NCBI GenBank assembly: GCA_032718475.1
Contig: JAUCBJ010001932.1
Location: forward strand, 2,108 to 66,107
Source of the DNA: Nemertoderma westbladi
Taxonomy: Eukaryota; Animalia; Xenacoelomorpha
Reading direction: 5' to 3'
Length of the DNA: 64,000 bases
Each line of letters starts with the position of its first letter. The stretch's first letter is position 1. Made by a program: the position numbers and the translations under genes. This document shows, piece by piece, positions 26,345 through 39,408 of this stretch. Under the pieces are notes generated by a model. The model made no database searches. It saw only the letters and a program-made list of their open reading frames with translations, and had not been told where the DNA came from.

Positions 26345-26840
26345 GCTTTGTAAAGCTGCTATAAATTTGTCACTGCTGTGAATTTACAACTGATGTCTTT
26401 TAAAATTATTTTGGGGAAATATTCACACATAATTTTACGTCGAAGTGTTTAAAAAATACAATGTGTGTTTTTAAAACAATAAATGGTAAATTTACACCAG
26501 CACTATTGCTACCTGCTGTAAATTTGTCACTGTTATGAATTTACAACTGCTGTAATTTTAAATCATTTTGGGAAATGCACTCACAATATTACAGTAGAGT
26601 TGAAAAACACAATAATATTTTTTATCAAATCATTAGCAAATTTACATCATTAGGCCTACAATACTACGGCGGCTGATATAGTTTTGTCACTGCTGTGACA
26701 TCCAAAACGTACAGAATGATAATGCGAGGTAAAACAAAACACCCAGACCACCACTGTAACATACAGTACTACTGTAATGTAGGTCTAAGATTGAACATTA
26801 CAGCAGTTGTAAATTTACATCAGTGGCAAATTTACAGTAG
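26345..26840. repeat. Degenerate ~158-bp tandem repeat with an inverted partial copy
   Basis: tttgtcactgctgtgaatttacaactg-like motif at ~26363, 26520 and 26681; reverse-complement motif near 26800-26835. Confidence 0.55.
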
Positions 26841-27384
26841 ATAACAGCTACTGATGTTGTTGCGAGCCAAGCCGAATCACAGGCTAACCAAAGCAATAAC
26901 CTATATACCAATTTAGGCCTCGCAGTCTCTCCTTACCCTTACTTATCCTTACCGCTACTAAATAAACGGTAATGAGAGCAACCCGAAGCGTCTGTAGCTC
27001 CTTTCTACTGTAAATTCCAACCTGAGTGCAGGTGGCCTATGTAAGCACTCTCTCTGTCTATCTGCTACACTACTGTAGTTGTCAAGGATCGCGCTGTTCT
27101 CTAGGCAATCAAATGTTTGTTTGGAGAATATTTTAATTTATTTAATTCCTAAAATCGTGCGGTGAGTCTGTAGTGGAAACCAGGATACTCCTGTGTACTG
27201 ACGACTGTAATGGCTTACTGGCGAATTACTAACTGGCAAACCTCCCATTTTTTAGTCAACCGCTTAACATAGAATAGCCACTGTTAATAATTTTCCAAAT
27301 GTAACCAAAACTAGTCATATTCTCCGCTATGCAGCGTAATGTCCCTAACTTACCCAAATGTATGAAGCTACGCTCATTTTAATT

Positions 27385-29079
27385 TATCTACTACTAACTA
27401 CTACTACTAGGTCGAGCGAACTCGGACAGTGGAAATGAGTGAGATCCTTCCAGGCTTCCCTATTCTCCATAGTTGTCGCAATTTCGTTTCTCCCAAGTTC
27501 AGTATCCCTTTCAAGTTGATCTATATATGTTATGGCTGGTCGTCCACGACTACGCTTTCCATGAGTTGGTTGCCAGATAAGTAGTCATCTTTACTTCGCC
27601 AGCAGTGCCCACTGAATCTTAATCTGCGTTCAAGGAGGGTGGTTGATACATGTGGTATTGTACCATAAAGCTCGGCGTTTGTCATGTGTTGTCTCCAGCT
27701 GATGTTTAGGGCTGCCCTTAGTAGTCTTGTGTAGCAACCATCAATCCGTTGTTCAAGTGATTTAGTCAGTGTCCAGGTCTCACCCCCGTATAAAAATACA
27801 CTTTCCACTGTGGCTCGAAAGAACTTAGTCTTCAGGTGCCTGGAGAGATCTGATTTCCAGATGGTATCCATTTTTGATAGAGCTACCCAAGCCTTTGCTT
27901 TCCTAACTTCTATGTCCTTTTGCTACTCTCTATCCATGATCCAAGGTACTGGAAGTCGTCGACCTTCCTTAGTTGATTATTATCAATGGTTGTCAAGTTT
28001 CCATTAACATTAAAGGTCATGCATTCGGTCTTGGTACAGTAGCATTTATATGCAATCCAACCTCCTTAGCAGCCCTCTCCACTTTATTTAGAAGAAGCTG
28101 TGCATCTGCTAGCTTATTAGAGAGCAGGGCGATGTCATCCGAAAAGTCGGTGTCTGTGACTGTAGTTGCCGGATATCTACTACTTCTGCGTTCTTGAAGT
28201 GTGAATCTCAGATCTTCACCCTTTGTGGCCGTCCTCATTGAGTAATCCACAACAATTACAAATAGTAATGGTGCTAATGTGTCACCTTGCAGTACGCCAG
28301 CCAGGATTGAGTAAAACTCAGTTTCACTATCTGGTGTGAGTACCTGCGCTTCTGTGTCACAATATAACAATCCAATGCCAACAACAATTACTTCTGCTAT
28401 TCCATAAGTTCTTAGGATTTCAAGCATTTTACCTCTATGGATAGAGTCGAATGCCTTCTTGAAGTCCACAAAAGTCATGACTGCGGGGAGATTCTTTGAC
28501 TTAATTCCTTCAATCAGTTTCCGTAGTGCAAGTATCTGAGCTATTGTTGATCTACTTGGTCGAAATCCGTTTTGGCTCTTACGCAGTACTGTAGTTTCTC
28601 TAAAAAAATATTTTGGCGGCTATCACAAGCAGACAAATCCCACGATAATTTGTTGGTATGCCGAGTTCTCCTTTCTTTGTGAGAGGCTTTAGTTGACCTT
28701 TAGTCCAAATTGGTGGAGGATTTTCCCCTTTTAACATCCGGTTGCAAACATTCAATAATGGTCTGTTTAGCACTCCGTTATTCCATACCTCCGCTGGGAT
28801 TTCATATAATCCACTCGCTTTATTATTGGACATGCTTTTAATGCTTCTTTGGAGTTCGGCAGGTGTGAAGTCCCCTGTTTCTATAGGTAGTGTCTTGTCA
28901 TATATTTTCCTTGTAGGGCTGACCTCGATATTTGGTGGCTGCCCAAGTAAATTGCTGAAGTCATTTCTCCACTTCCCAACATGTTCTTCAGGACTATCGG
29001 CTTTGAGGCGCCCCTTTGCACAACTTTTCCGACCAGATACCTCATTTACAGTTTGCCAGGTAAGTCTTGATAGTTGCTG
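27385..29079 (-). mobile_element. RTE-clade LINE, copy B (RT through 3' end), degenerate
   Basis: NYRGI, FVDFKKAFDS, GVLQGDTLAPLLF, FSDD, RRLRFSGHCWRS; (TAG)n tail at 27385-27410. Confidence 0.9.
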
Positions 29080-29860
29080 TAAATAATTGGTTAATAATTC
29101 CGCTGCTTTTCCACAGTAAACACGGGAGGTTGGGTGCTGGTAAATAATTCCGCTGCTTTTCCACAGTAAACACGGGAGGTTGGGTGCTGGTAAATAATTC
29201 CGCTGCTTTTCCACAGTAAACACGGTAGGTTGGGTGCTGGTAAATAATTCCGCTGCTTTTCCACAGTAAACATGGGAGGTTGGGTGCTGGTAAATAATTC
29301 TGATGCTTTTCCACAGTAAACACGGGAGGTTGCGAGTTGGTAAATAATTCCGCTGCTTTTCCACAGTAAACACGGAAGGTTGCATGCTGGTAAATAATTC
29401 CGCTGCTTTTCCACAGTAAACACGGGAGGTTGCGTGCTGGTAAATAATTCCGATGCTTTTCCACAGTAAACATGGGAGGTTGGGTGCTGGTAAATAATTC
29501 CGCTGCTTTTCCACAGTAAACACGGGAGGTTGCGTGCTGGTAAATAATTCCGATGCTTTTCCACAGTAAACATGGGAGGTTGGGTGCTGGTAAATAATTC
29601 CGCTGCTTTTCCACAGTAAACACGGGAGGTTGGGTGCTGGTAAATAATTCCGATGCTTTTCCACAGTAAACATGGGAGGTTGGGTGCTGGTAAATAATTC
29701 TGATGCTTTTCCACAGTAAACACGGGAGGTTGCGTGCTGATAAATAATTCCGCTGCTTTTCCACAGTAAACACAGGAGGTTGCGTGCTGGTAATTAATTC
29801 TGCTGCTTTTCCACAGTAAACACGGGAGGTTGCGTGCTGATAAATAATTCCGCTGCTTTC
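29080..29860. repeat. 50-bp tandem array, about 15 copies
   Basis: Unit taaataattccgctgcttttccacagtaaacacgggaggttgggtgctgg at 29142, 29192 and onward. Confidence 0.97.
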
Positions 29861-29869
29861 TTTAAATTA

Positions 29870-30780
29870 ATTTTCTTCATAGAAATATAAGAGTTTCGGA
29901 ATTGACTGTTGTGTTCAGAGACTAATATTTGCTCTTGTGTACAGATTCGCTAAGTCCCAATCGGGATAATGACATTTGACAGATAGGGCTGCATGATTTT
30001 GTAGATGATGGTATATCGGAGATAATATTGAAATTTGATACATATTTATATTTCAGTAAATCAGTCGAGCACAATGCCCAGTCCAGCTGTGAAAACCATA
30101 TCTTTAAATGTAGTTTCCTTGAAACTCCTTTCCCTTAAAATTTGCATGATTGATGGGTGTTAAGTTTCTCGACTCACATAGTTTCAGAACTTCTCGGCCG
30201 TTTTGATTGACGGTTTTGTCAGGATTTGAGGAGTATTTTAAACACTTTTTTATACTTTTCTTGTGGGACAAAGTTACATTTCCCAAACGGGCGTTTAAGT
30301 CGCCCAAAATTAAAACGCTCGTATTCTGACGCTTTAATTGTTTATTGATTGGCGCGAAACTACAGAAATAAAAAAATGGTGAGTCAGATGGCGTAATATA
30401 AACTGCACCAAACCTAAAACTCGGATTTAGTACAAACAAAACCAAACTTGGTCTTTTAATACCTAGATATTGCAAACAGAGTAGAGAGTACCACAGTTGA
30501 GATCGAATAAAAACACCCACGTGCCACCTCTGTGACTGTGATATTCATTATCCAACATGAGACTTCGTACAAACTCGAAACCCGGTAAACCTATACGGTG
30601 TGCAGTTTATAATTCATTGACACAAATTATGTCATAATTTACAATTAGATTCGTGTAAAATTGAGATTCTAATTTATTACTTATACCGTTAATGTTAATA
30701 GATAGAATGTTTATAAAATTAGACCTAAAAGAGTTTTCCATCCCATTAATTTAAAATGTTGAGGCTGATATCCCTGTGAG
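29870..30780 (-). pseudogene. LINE APE endonuclease fragment
   Basis: ILSININGI..DIICVNE, GAVYITP.DS, LILGDLNAR, VNQNGREVLKLC motifs. Confidence 0.75.
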
Positions 30781-30782
30781 TG

Positions 30783-31002
30783 TTTCCCCCTGCTGCTAGC
30801 CTCTACTAGCTGTGTTCTCCCTCCGAGGTGGTTTGACCTCTCACCTCTCTCTGTGGCTTTAGGGCTTGTGTCGCCCCCCCCCCCCCAAAGTTGGTTATGA
30901 GGCGAGATTATTATTGGTAATCTCGTATCCCAAACTATATTGATAAAATGCCACTGGTCCCATTCTAAGGTGGATAGTGTAATCGAATTGAATCCGCTTA
31001 CA
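30783..31002 (-). repeat. Truncated 3' LTR of BEL element 2
   Basis: Matches ~38280-38496 with several substitutions; starts TGTAAGCGG on the minus strand right after the PPT. Confidence 0.85.
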
Positions 31003-31168
31003 CTCCCCCCAATGCTATCTTCCCGGTGAGAAGATAGCATCAAACTTAAGTGCGCTTCAATTCCGCTGGAACCCAACCTAATATCGGGTGTGGGGTGGAG
31101 TCTTTTCTCGGGGTCGGCTTTCCAGATCGACCCCCCCCGGGTGTGTTGTTGCTATCCCTCCTTGGTGC

Positions 31169-31443
31169 AAAAAAGTAAAGTAAAAGTAAATTTTCTTTGG
31201 CCGCTAGGCCAGGGATTACGCACAAAGTCTGACGGCTTATTTCCAGTACGGTCCCCCCAGAACTTTACTCCCCAGAGGAAACTCCAGTACTCATTTAGCT
31301 ACCACTTAAGGATGCAAGGCAGAGATGCGCCCTGGCTGGTCCCTTTAAAGCATTCGTGCCGAAACGAAAACTGCCCTGGCCCATGTGAGGATCGAACCCA
31401 CGACCTACGGGAGATGTGAATTCAATGCAACCACCACACCAAG
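31169..31443 (-). mobile_element. tRNA-derived SINE inserted in the 3' UTR of BEL element 2
   Basis: Minus strand has A box TGGTGTGGTGG, B box GGTTCGATCC, central gccttgcatcct..aaatgagtac (Meta-domain-like) and a (TTTAC)n tail. Confidence 0.7.
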
Positions 31444-32169
31444 GTGGAACCACGTTGTCCCTTATTCTCTCTCTCGCGGACCTCGTTGTCCCTTATTCTC
31501 TCTCTCACAGACCTCCTTGTCCCTTATTCTCTCTCCAGTCCCTTGGGACTCTTCCTTTCTCTCCGCTCGCTCCCCACACTTGAATTGCACTTATTCTACC
31601 TCCTCACGTGTCAACACCTCCTCTCCATACTTCCCCCGAATCCCCATTTTCGTTTTCATTCTCCATACACTTATTGGGTCCCACACATCTGCGCATCATG
31701 TTAGTGGGATCCGTCTAAGTCTTGTCCTGCCGTTCTAGTCAAATAGTCCCCAGTCCCAGTAGCTAATTGGAAAAAGGTTGTACTTGACTCTGGTATATAT
31801 ACGAGTTATATATATATAATAATTAATTATTATAATTATATAATATATATATTATATTATATGCTCGTCTACATGACGCGTCTTAACCCCCCCGCTCGGA
31901 GGTGATATGCCTCGTCACTCCCGGTCTTGCCCATTTTACTCTCTCTCCACCTTTCTCTTCTCTACTAACCTCTCCGCCATCACGAACTTTCCCGCGCTCA
32001 CCCAATTGGTGGGGCCTTACAAAGGCTCAATTTAAGTGAGTGCCGTTAAACAAGATGTTACTAGTTTCGTTCAGTAATGGCCTTCCTCCTACCTTGTTCT
32101 TTCTTTCGTGCCAATATTCCCCTAACTTTATTTTTATTTTTATTTTTTTGTGTTCCCCCCTGTCTGTGC

Positions 32170-32600
32170 TATTATCATATCTACCTTCCTACTTACTTAC
32201 GTGGCGCCTTCAGTGCCCACAACTTCTATGGTACTATGTACCCTACTACTATTACTACCCATGTACATATCCTATACTTCCTCTCACTACGTGGCGCTCT
32301 CAGTGCCCACAACTTCTAACTCCTACGGTACTATGTACCCTACTACTACTTCCATGGTATGCCTATATACCATACTCTCTACTCTCTTACTACGTGGCAC
32401 TCTCGGTGCCCACAACTTCTAACTCTCACGGTACTGTGTATCCTACTACTACTCTCTTGGTATGTCTATATACCACACTCCCTATTCTCTAACTTCTAAC
32501 TCTTACGGTACTATGTACCCTACTACTATTCTCATGGTATGTTAATATACCATGCTCCCTACTACTACTACTTAGTGCTACGTACTATCTACTACTATTA
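32170..32600. repeat. Degenerate tandem repeats downstream of integrase in BEL element 2
   Basis: Recurring tacgtggc..ctc.gtgcccacaacttcta...ggtactatgtaccctactact blocks. Confidence 0.8.
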
Positions 32601-35600
32601 CTTTCAACTATCTCGCTTCTTATTTTATTATTTGCTTATTATTTATTTTTTGTATTTTTTATGTGTGGGAAGGGCGTCTCGCCCTCATTCCCACCCCCTT
32701 CAGTCCAACATATTGGACGACTAAACTCTAAGGTGACCCTTCCAATAGGCAACACTTTCCCACAGCCCTCCTGTAGGTCTTCCTATCTTTGGCCCCTATC
32801 TTCCCTCCTATCCTCACTTCCACCAATCGGACTCTTCCGTCCCCATCGGGGTAAGTATCTACCACTCTCGCTAGTCTCCATTGGTTATTGATAATTGTGT
32901 CATCAGTGACGATTACCAAGTCTCCCTTCTTCAACTCTCTATTGGTATTTCTCCACTTACTCATCCTATGAAACGTCGGAAGATACTATTCTACCCATCT
33001 TCTCCAATACTCCAGACTTATTGCCTTGGCTACTTTCCAGCTTTGACGGGAATGTATGTCATCTGGATCTACACCCCGCATGTCAATCGTCGCCGTCCTC
33101 TCCATTAGCAAGTGTCCTGGTGTTAGCACGTCTAGTGATTCCGGGTAGTCATTCTCTGGATATAGCAGTCTGCTATTAATGATTCCCTCGCACTTGGCTA
33201 GCACCGTTCTTAATACGTCCTCAGTGACCATGTGGTTGTTCATAAGCTTGGTCATCAAACGCTGGGAACTTCTGACAAGCCTCTCTACACATCCTCGGCC
33301 ACCCAATTATCCACCAGCGTGCCGGCCAGCCAGCAGTCGACCAGCATCAATGTCGTGACTGATCGGCCACCTTCTCCCATCACCCTTACCGGTGAGAACC
33401 CCGAGTAGTACCGTTCCCCTTCTCTTCGCTCCTATGGTGCTTGTCGCCATCGTTTGACCTTTGCCTTGACCGAATCTTATTGGTGTCTCCTTACACTCTT
33501 CAACTCTGTGTCCTCCTACCACACATCGGTGACAAATTCCATTCTTATCAGAGAAGGCTATCCGATCTTGTTCGAGTAGCGCCTGCCAATGCTTACAGTC
33601 CATGGTCTTATGGGTTCCGTCTTTATGCAATTGACATTTGTATCCTGGGTTGTAACATTCCTTGTATAGCCCTACACGTATTGCACGTAGATTCACATCT
33701 ACCGGTTTAGTGTTTTGGTTATTTGGATATGGTAGACTGGGTGTGTTGGAATTATATTTGTTCGTGTTATTATTTTGACCCTGTTCGTGCCATGGTGTGG
33801 CCCTACTCCCAGCTATCTGTGGACTTGTAGTTCCCTGTGTCGCCGCGTATGGTAGCGACTGCCTCAACTTTGGTAAGGAATTTGCCGCACTATGTTCTGG
33901 TTTCGGCCTGTTGTATTCGGTCCTCGGCACCGTCCCCAGACTATCCTCGCTGTAGACTGGGTCCGTGATTAGTTCCGCCTCGTAATTGAGGAAGTTCGAC
34001 ATTTCCTCTAGGCCTGGTTCCACACCTTTCTTCTCCCAATCTTTCTCCACTTATTCCTCAGCCAGATCGGTAGTGCCTGCGCTATTGTAGTGATGTTATT
34101 CGATGCGTTGAGTTTGTAAGGCGCATCTAAGGTCTTTAGCACAATCAGCACCTTTTCGACTTTATACTCGAAAGTCATGATGCTGACAGGGTTATCCTAT
34201 AGTCCACCTGATGTTATTCCCCTCAAGGTTTGCCGGATGATCTTAGCAGGGTTTCCGAATTCCCTGTCTAGGGCCCGCCATGCAGTCGTGAATCCACCCT
34301 CGATACCCTGGTACTGCCTCACGATGTCGTATGCTGGCCCCCCTGTGTAAACTTGTAAGTATTTTAGGCACTCCGCCTGCATCAGATTCTTTATCAATGT
34401 CTCGTTACTGTACATATGCCGGAATTGCAGATATTCCTCCAGTTTGCTTCCATCGAATTTGAACGGCTCCACTGATGGCAGCTCGATCGTGGTCTTAAGC
34501 CCATCGATGAGTGTCACCATTCACATCGCTTGTACTTCTAGTGCGCTCGATGGATGCTGTACAGATTCCCCTGCTGCTGGGTGCGGTTCGCCCGTCAGGC
34601 CTGTCGACCTCCTTTGCGTCGGATATATCATTGGGGGTAGCGGCCCCCTCCATATCTCTGTATCGCACGATTTGTTTTGGTCCAAGGGGTTTGGGGTTTT
34701 TGTTCTTGGTTGAGTGTATTGTTGATATTGTAATGGTGGAATGTCACCCTGTCCCCCCCCCCCCCCCACCGGTGTTATATTTGGTATTGGGGTTGATATT
34801 ACCATGTTAGGGCCTAAACATCTATCGGCAATAGCTCCCCCATCCCCTGGGTATATGTTATATCCTTGCATATTATAGTCATACTGGTATGCAGGTACCG
34901 GTCTAGGCCTATCCACTCCTTGCCTATCTACCGGTATATATGCAGCGACTTCCGGATCTAATCCCATTGTCCGCGCTACCCTATCGCCTACACTATCTCT
35001 TCCAGCATGGCCTATAGTATGTGCAGTAAGGCCTACAGTATGTCCTGCAGTCTGCCTGTGTCCTTCCGGACCGAAGTTTATTCTTCTCGAATATTCCAAG
35101 AAGTCCTCCCCGCGACTACCGTACTCTCGATCAGCAGCTACATCCCATCGGGAAGTTTCTCTTCGATCCCCTCTCCTGTCCTCGTCCTCGTACCGGTACA
35201 TCCTGTACCCTTCTCCTGGTGTGTGGTATATCTCACCAGGTTGCGTCTCTCCGGGGCGACGGCAATCTCCCGGAGTTCGACCCCACTGACTCTCTAATTC
35301 CATCTCTGCTACCGACGGTTTACTGTCCGTCCTTCCTCTCCGGTTGCTCGTAGCAATGCTTCTTCTATTCTCTTCACTTCTTCTCTCTTCAGTGTAGCGA
35401 TCCCCTTTGTGAGATCGCGCTTCGACCTCCCGGATAAACTCCACTGTTCTTCTTCCGTCTTCCGACTGGGCTCGACATCTTGTCGCTTGCCCCCTCATGG
35501 CGCCAACCACCTCTCTCTCTCTACCCGGTTGGACGCTCCTGGGGATACTCGCAATCCCCTACTATTCTCTGTCGTTGGGTGCCGCGGTTCACCTAACTCG

Positions 35601-37840
35601 CCGCGCGCATTGTCCGCCAACACTTGTGGGACATTCTCTGCCCCCCCCCCTCTCGCCACTAATCTCTCGTGGTGGGGTTCCCGTAGCCCCCCCCCCCATT
35701 TGGCCTCTCTTACTTCGCTACCTCCCACTTCGCTTCTACGCCCCTCTCTAGTCGACGCACTATCTATACCCTGGCTGGGTCTACTCACCCCCGCCTCTCC
35801 CAGTGCGACTGCGTGGCCTTTCAGGCTCCCGGTGGGTTGACCTACCCCCCCTACTCCCTGTGCGACTGCGTGGCCTTGCAGGCTCTCGTTGGGTTGAATC
35901 ACCCCTACTACTCCCTGAGTAACTACGTGGCCTTGCAGGCTCTCACTGGCCGGACCACCTGTCTCCCCTATGTTTGTATTAATTGCACCGTTATTAATAA
36001 CATTATTTTGGTTAATTTCCTCTGGGTTATTATCTAACGTAATATTGTTACCTAAATTATTTAAATTATTTTGTTCAGAATTGGGGTTATTATTTTGATT
36101 ATTTTACATCTTTAATTTAGAATTATTATTTGGATTATTTTGCACATTTAAATTAGTATTATTATTTGGATTATTCTGCACATTTCAATTAGAATAATTA
36201 ATTCTAAAAATATTAAAATATTATTTCCTGCAAGAAAGGTTTGAATAGGGTTGTCTAATATGGTACTATTAATATTAATTCTTTCTAACGTATTATTATT
36301 ACCCCCCCCCCCCCCGCCCGTACGGTTACACCAGTCCTGGGTCTGTCGTCCAGCACCTGTAAGTGGGGTATTAACAAACGTTTCCATTACTTCTGGCTTC
36401 TCGTAAATACTACCCAAACCAGCCTCTCTCTCTGATAATCCCAACTTTGCCAGTTCTAACTGGCGCTTAGGCTTCACCTGGTATTGCATGAGCCCCCTCA
36501 ACCGGGTATGCATATCATCCCGCATACGCTTTCCCGATGTCTCTCTCTCTCTCTATCCTCTCGCAAACTTTGGTTCTCTAATTCTGTCTCCCTCGCCTCC
36601 CGCTCTCTACGCTTGTTTTCTATTCTCGCCTCCCGCTCTTTACGTTCGTTCTCTACTCTCATCTCCCACTCTCTACGTTCGTTCTCTACTCTCGCCTCCC
36701 GCTCTCTATGTTCGTTTGTTTCCCTCTCTACTCTCGCTGTCTCTTTCGCTTCTCGCTCTTTGTGCTCTTTGCGCTCTTTCTCTACTCTCGCCTCTCGCTC
36801 CTCTCGCTCCTCGCGCTCGTTTATCTCTCTCTCTCCTCCCGCTCCCTGCAGTTTCTCGCCACCCTCTCAGCCCTCTCTCTACATTCCCTTGCTAACTCTA
36901 TCTCTCTCTCTAATAATGCGATTCCCTCGTCTAGTTGCCTCTCCAACTCCTTCTGATCCAGCGCCACAATGTCTAGTTGACACCCCAGATCTATCTCTAA
37001 CACCCTTCTTGCTTTTGCGGAGGATGTAGCGGACTTATCGGTCGTGACGGACTCCCGTCGCCTCTCTGTCACACTAACTTTCCCCCGCTTTCTCGGGTTC
37101 TCGCTTACCTATGACACCGAATCCTCGGGGTTAACCTTGGGTTCGCCGTCGTGCGGGTCCGCCTATCCCACTAACTTAATTCCCCTTGCATCCACTAAGT
37201 AAGGCCCTACGTACACTATGCCTGGCTCCATTACCCCGGACCGCCACAATTCAAACAGTTCCGTGGCGACCCCCCTTGCTCTCTCACTCCCCAGTTCTCC
37301 CTGTCCGAAATGGACCAAATAACGAAAATGTTTATTCGACTCACCTAGACTCTGTTATAGTTTAGGCTGGTCTACCTTTCTCCCCTCCTTGGCCTCTTTG
37401 AGTAGTTTCTTGGTGGCGTTGTAGGCCCGTCGTAGCCGATTACTCGTCCCGACGTCCTCTTCATCGACTCTACCTTCTCTCCTCGTCCGGCATCGTACCG
37501 GCAGCCCCACTGTCGCCGTTCCGGTGGGCCGTCCGTCGCCCTCAGCCGGTGACTGGCCAGCAACTTCGGTACTCCGACCGCCGTCGTCGTCGTGCGTCGA
37601 CCGGTCTCCCTCTCTCCTTCGTAGTTGACGGCCGCCCTCCGCTTGGGCTACCGGATCATCCCTCGTCGGCGAATCCGGCGTGGCAGGCCGATACCATCTC
37701 GTCGTGGCCTCTCGGATCATTTGGTTGGTGTCGTCCGGGGTCCGCAGCGGCATTCTCTCCCCCTCTGATAATCGGGGCTACTGATTGCTCATCTTTACTT
37801 TCCTTGGCAGTCACAGTTTGTTAGTTGGTCAGTTTATGAC

Positions 37841-38496
37841 TGTGACAGGATCATAGATCCCGACAGGGTTAGATATGTACGCGTCACCATTTGCTGGAGC
37901 AGCTGTGTTATAGTCACTTTGGCCGAAGGCCGTCGGGAAAATAAGAGAGTTTGTGTTTCTCAATATTAATCTTCCGAAATGATAATAGCACAGGACTATG
38001 TATGTAATGAATATCACAATACAAAATAACAGCAGAAAATACAACACAGATATTAATCGGTTATGTTGGTAATGGTGACGGTCATAAACTATGATCGGTC
38101 TGTAACTCTGTAACTAATGAACTGACCGGTAAATCAGTAGTACAGAATAATATATGATTGATACAAACATATATTGGTTTCACCTCTTACTTTACTTGGC
38201 CCTCTGTACCCAGTGGATGCTTTCCTATCTCTAATCACATGCTTCCATCCCCGCTATTGGCTAATACACTAATTGTCACTTTCCCCCTGCCGCTAGCCTA
38301 TACTAGCTCTGTTCTCCCTCCGAGGTGGTTTGACCTCTCACCTTTCTCTGTAGCTTTAGGGCTTGTGCCACCCACCTCCCAAAGTTGGTTATGAGGCGAG
38401 ATTATTATTGGTAATCTCGTATCCCCAACTATATTGATAAAATGCCACTGTTCCCATTCTAACGTGGATAGTGTAATCGAATTGAATCCGCTTACA
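37841..38496 (-). repeat. 5' LTR of BEL element 2 (656 bp)
   Basis: Minus strand TGTAAGC...GATCCTGTCACA; end motif shared with the element 1 LTR (GATCCCGTCACA). Confidence 0.85.
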
Positions 38497-38499
38497 ATT

Positions 38500-39408
38500 A
38501 AAAGTCATTAATTCGGCCTTGGTAGCATTTATATGCAATGCAACCTACGTAGGAGCCCTCTCCACTTTATTCAATAGAAGCACCAGTACACCAGCCAGGA
38601 TTGGGAAGAACTCCGTTTCACCATCTGGTGAGAGACCTTAGCTTCTTTGTCACAATATAATAATCCAATGCCAGCCACAATTACCTCTGGTATTCCATAA
38701 GCTCTTAAGATTTCCAGCATTTTCCCTCTATCGATTGAGTCGAATGCTTTCTTGAAGTCCACAACAGTCGGACAGTAGTGGGGAGATTCTTTGACTTATT
38801 TCCCTCAATCAGTGTCCATAGCGCAAGTATCTGAGCTATTGTTGATCTATTTGGTCGAAATCCGTTTTGCCTCTTACGCAGCAGATTCCCCTTTCAGCAT
38901 CCGGTTGCAAAAATCCAATAATGGTCTGTTTAGCACTCCTGTTTTCCATACCTCCGCTGGGCTTTCATCTAATCCACTCGCTTTATTATTGGACATGCTT
39001 TTAATGCTTCTTTGGAGTTCGGCAGGTGTGAAGTCCCCTGTCTCTATAGGTAGTGTCTTGTCATATATTTTCCTTGTAGGACTGACCTCGATGTTTGGTG
39101 GCTGCCCAAGCAAGTTGCTGAAATGAACTTTCCATTTTCCAACACGTTCTTCAGGACTATCAGCATTGAGGTGCCCCTTAGCACAACTTTTCCAACTAGA
39201 TACCTCATTTACAGTTTGTCCATTTACAGTTTGTCAGGTAAGTCTTGATTGTTGCTGTATGTGAGCAGTTGTAATTGCTTCAGTTTTATGCTGTATGTAC
39301 TTCTCCTGGCTGATGTTGTAGGCCAATTTAAGATCGTCATTAGCTTTTTCAACCTTGTTGATGTTTCGGTTGTTGGTTGTTCGGTTTTAACTTTGTAGGC
39401 TATCTTAA
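38500..39408 (-). mobile_element. RTE-clade LINE, copy C, RT-side part
   Basis: LLGQPPNIEVSPTRKIYDK..., DFKKAFDSIDRGKM; continues at 42381 across the Kolobok insertion. Confidence 0.85.

Larger units (their letters stand above)
30783..38496 (-). mobile_element. BEL/Pao LTR retrotransposon, element 2 (older, internally deleted)
   Basis: Gag homologous to 43827-48420 and integrase C-terminus homologous to 51715-52282. RT/RNase H are deleted at the ~33300 junction. PPT GGGGGGAG at 31003-31010. Confidence 0.92.

Noticed and set aside
28600-29773. Three long overlapping minus-strand ORFs with 50-aa repeats
   Set aside because: Artefact of a stop-free 50-bp tandem array read in three frames and fused to an RTE fragment
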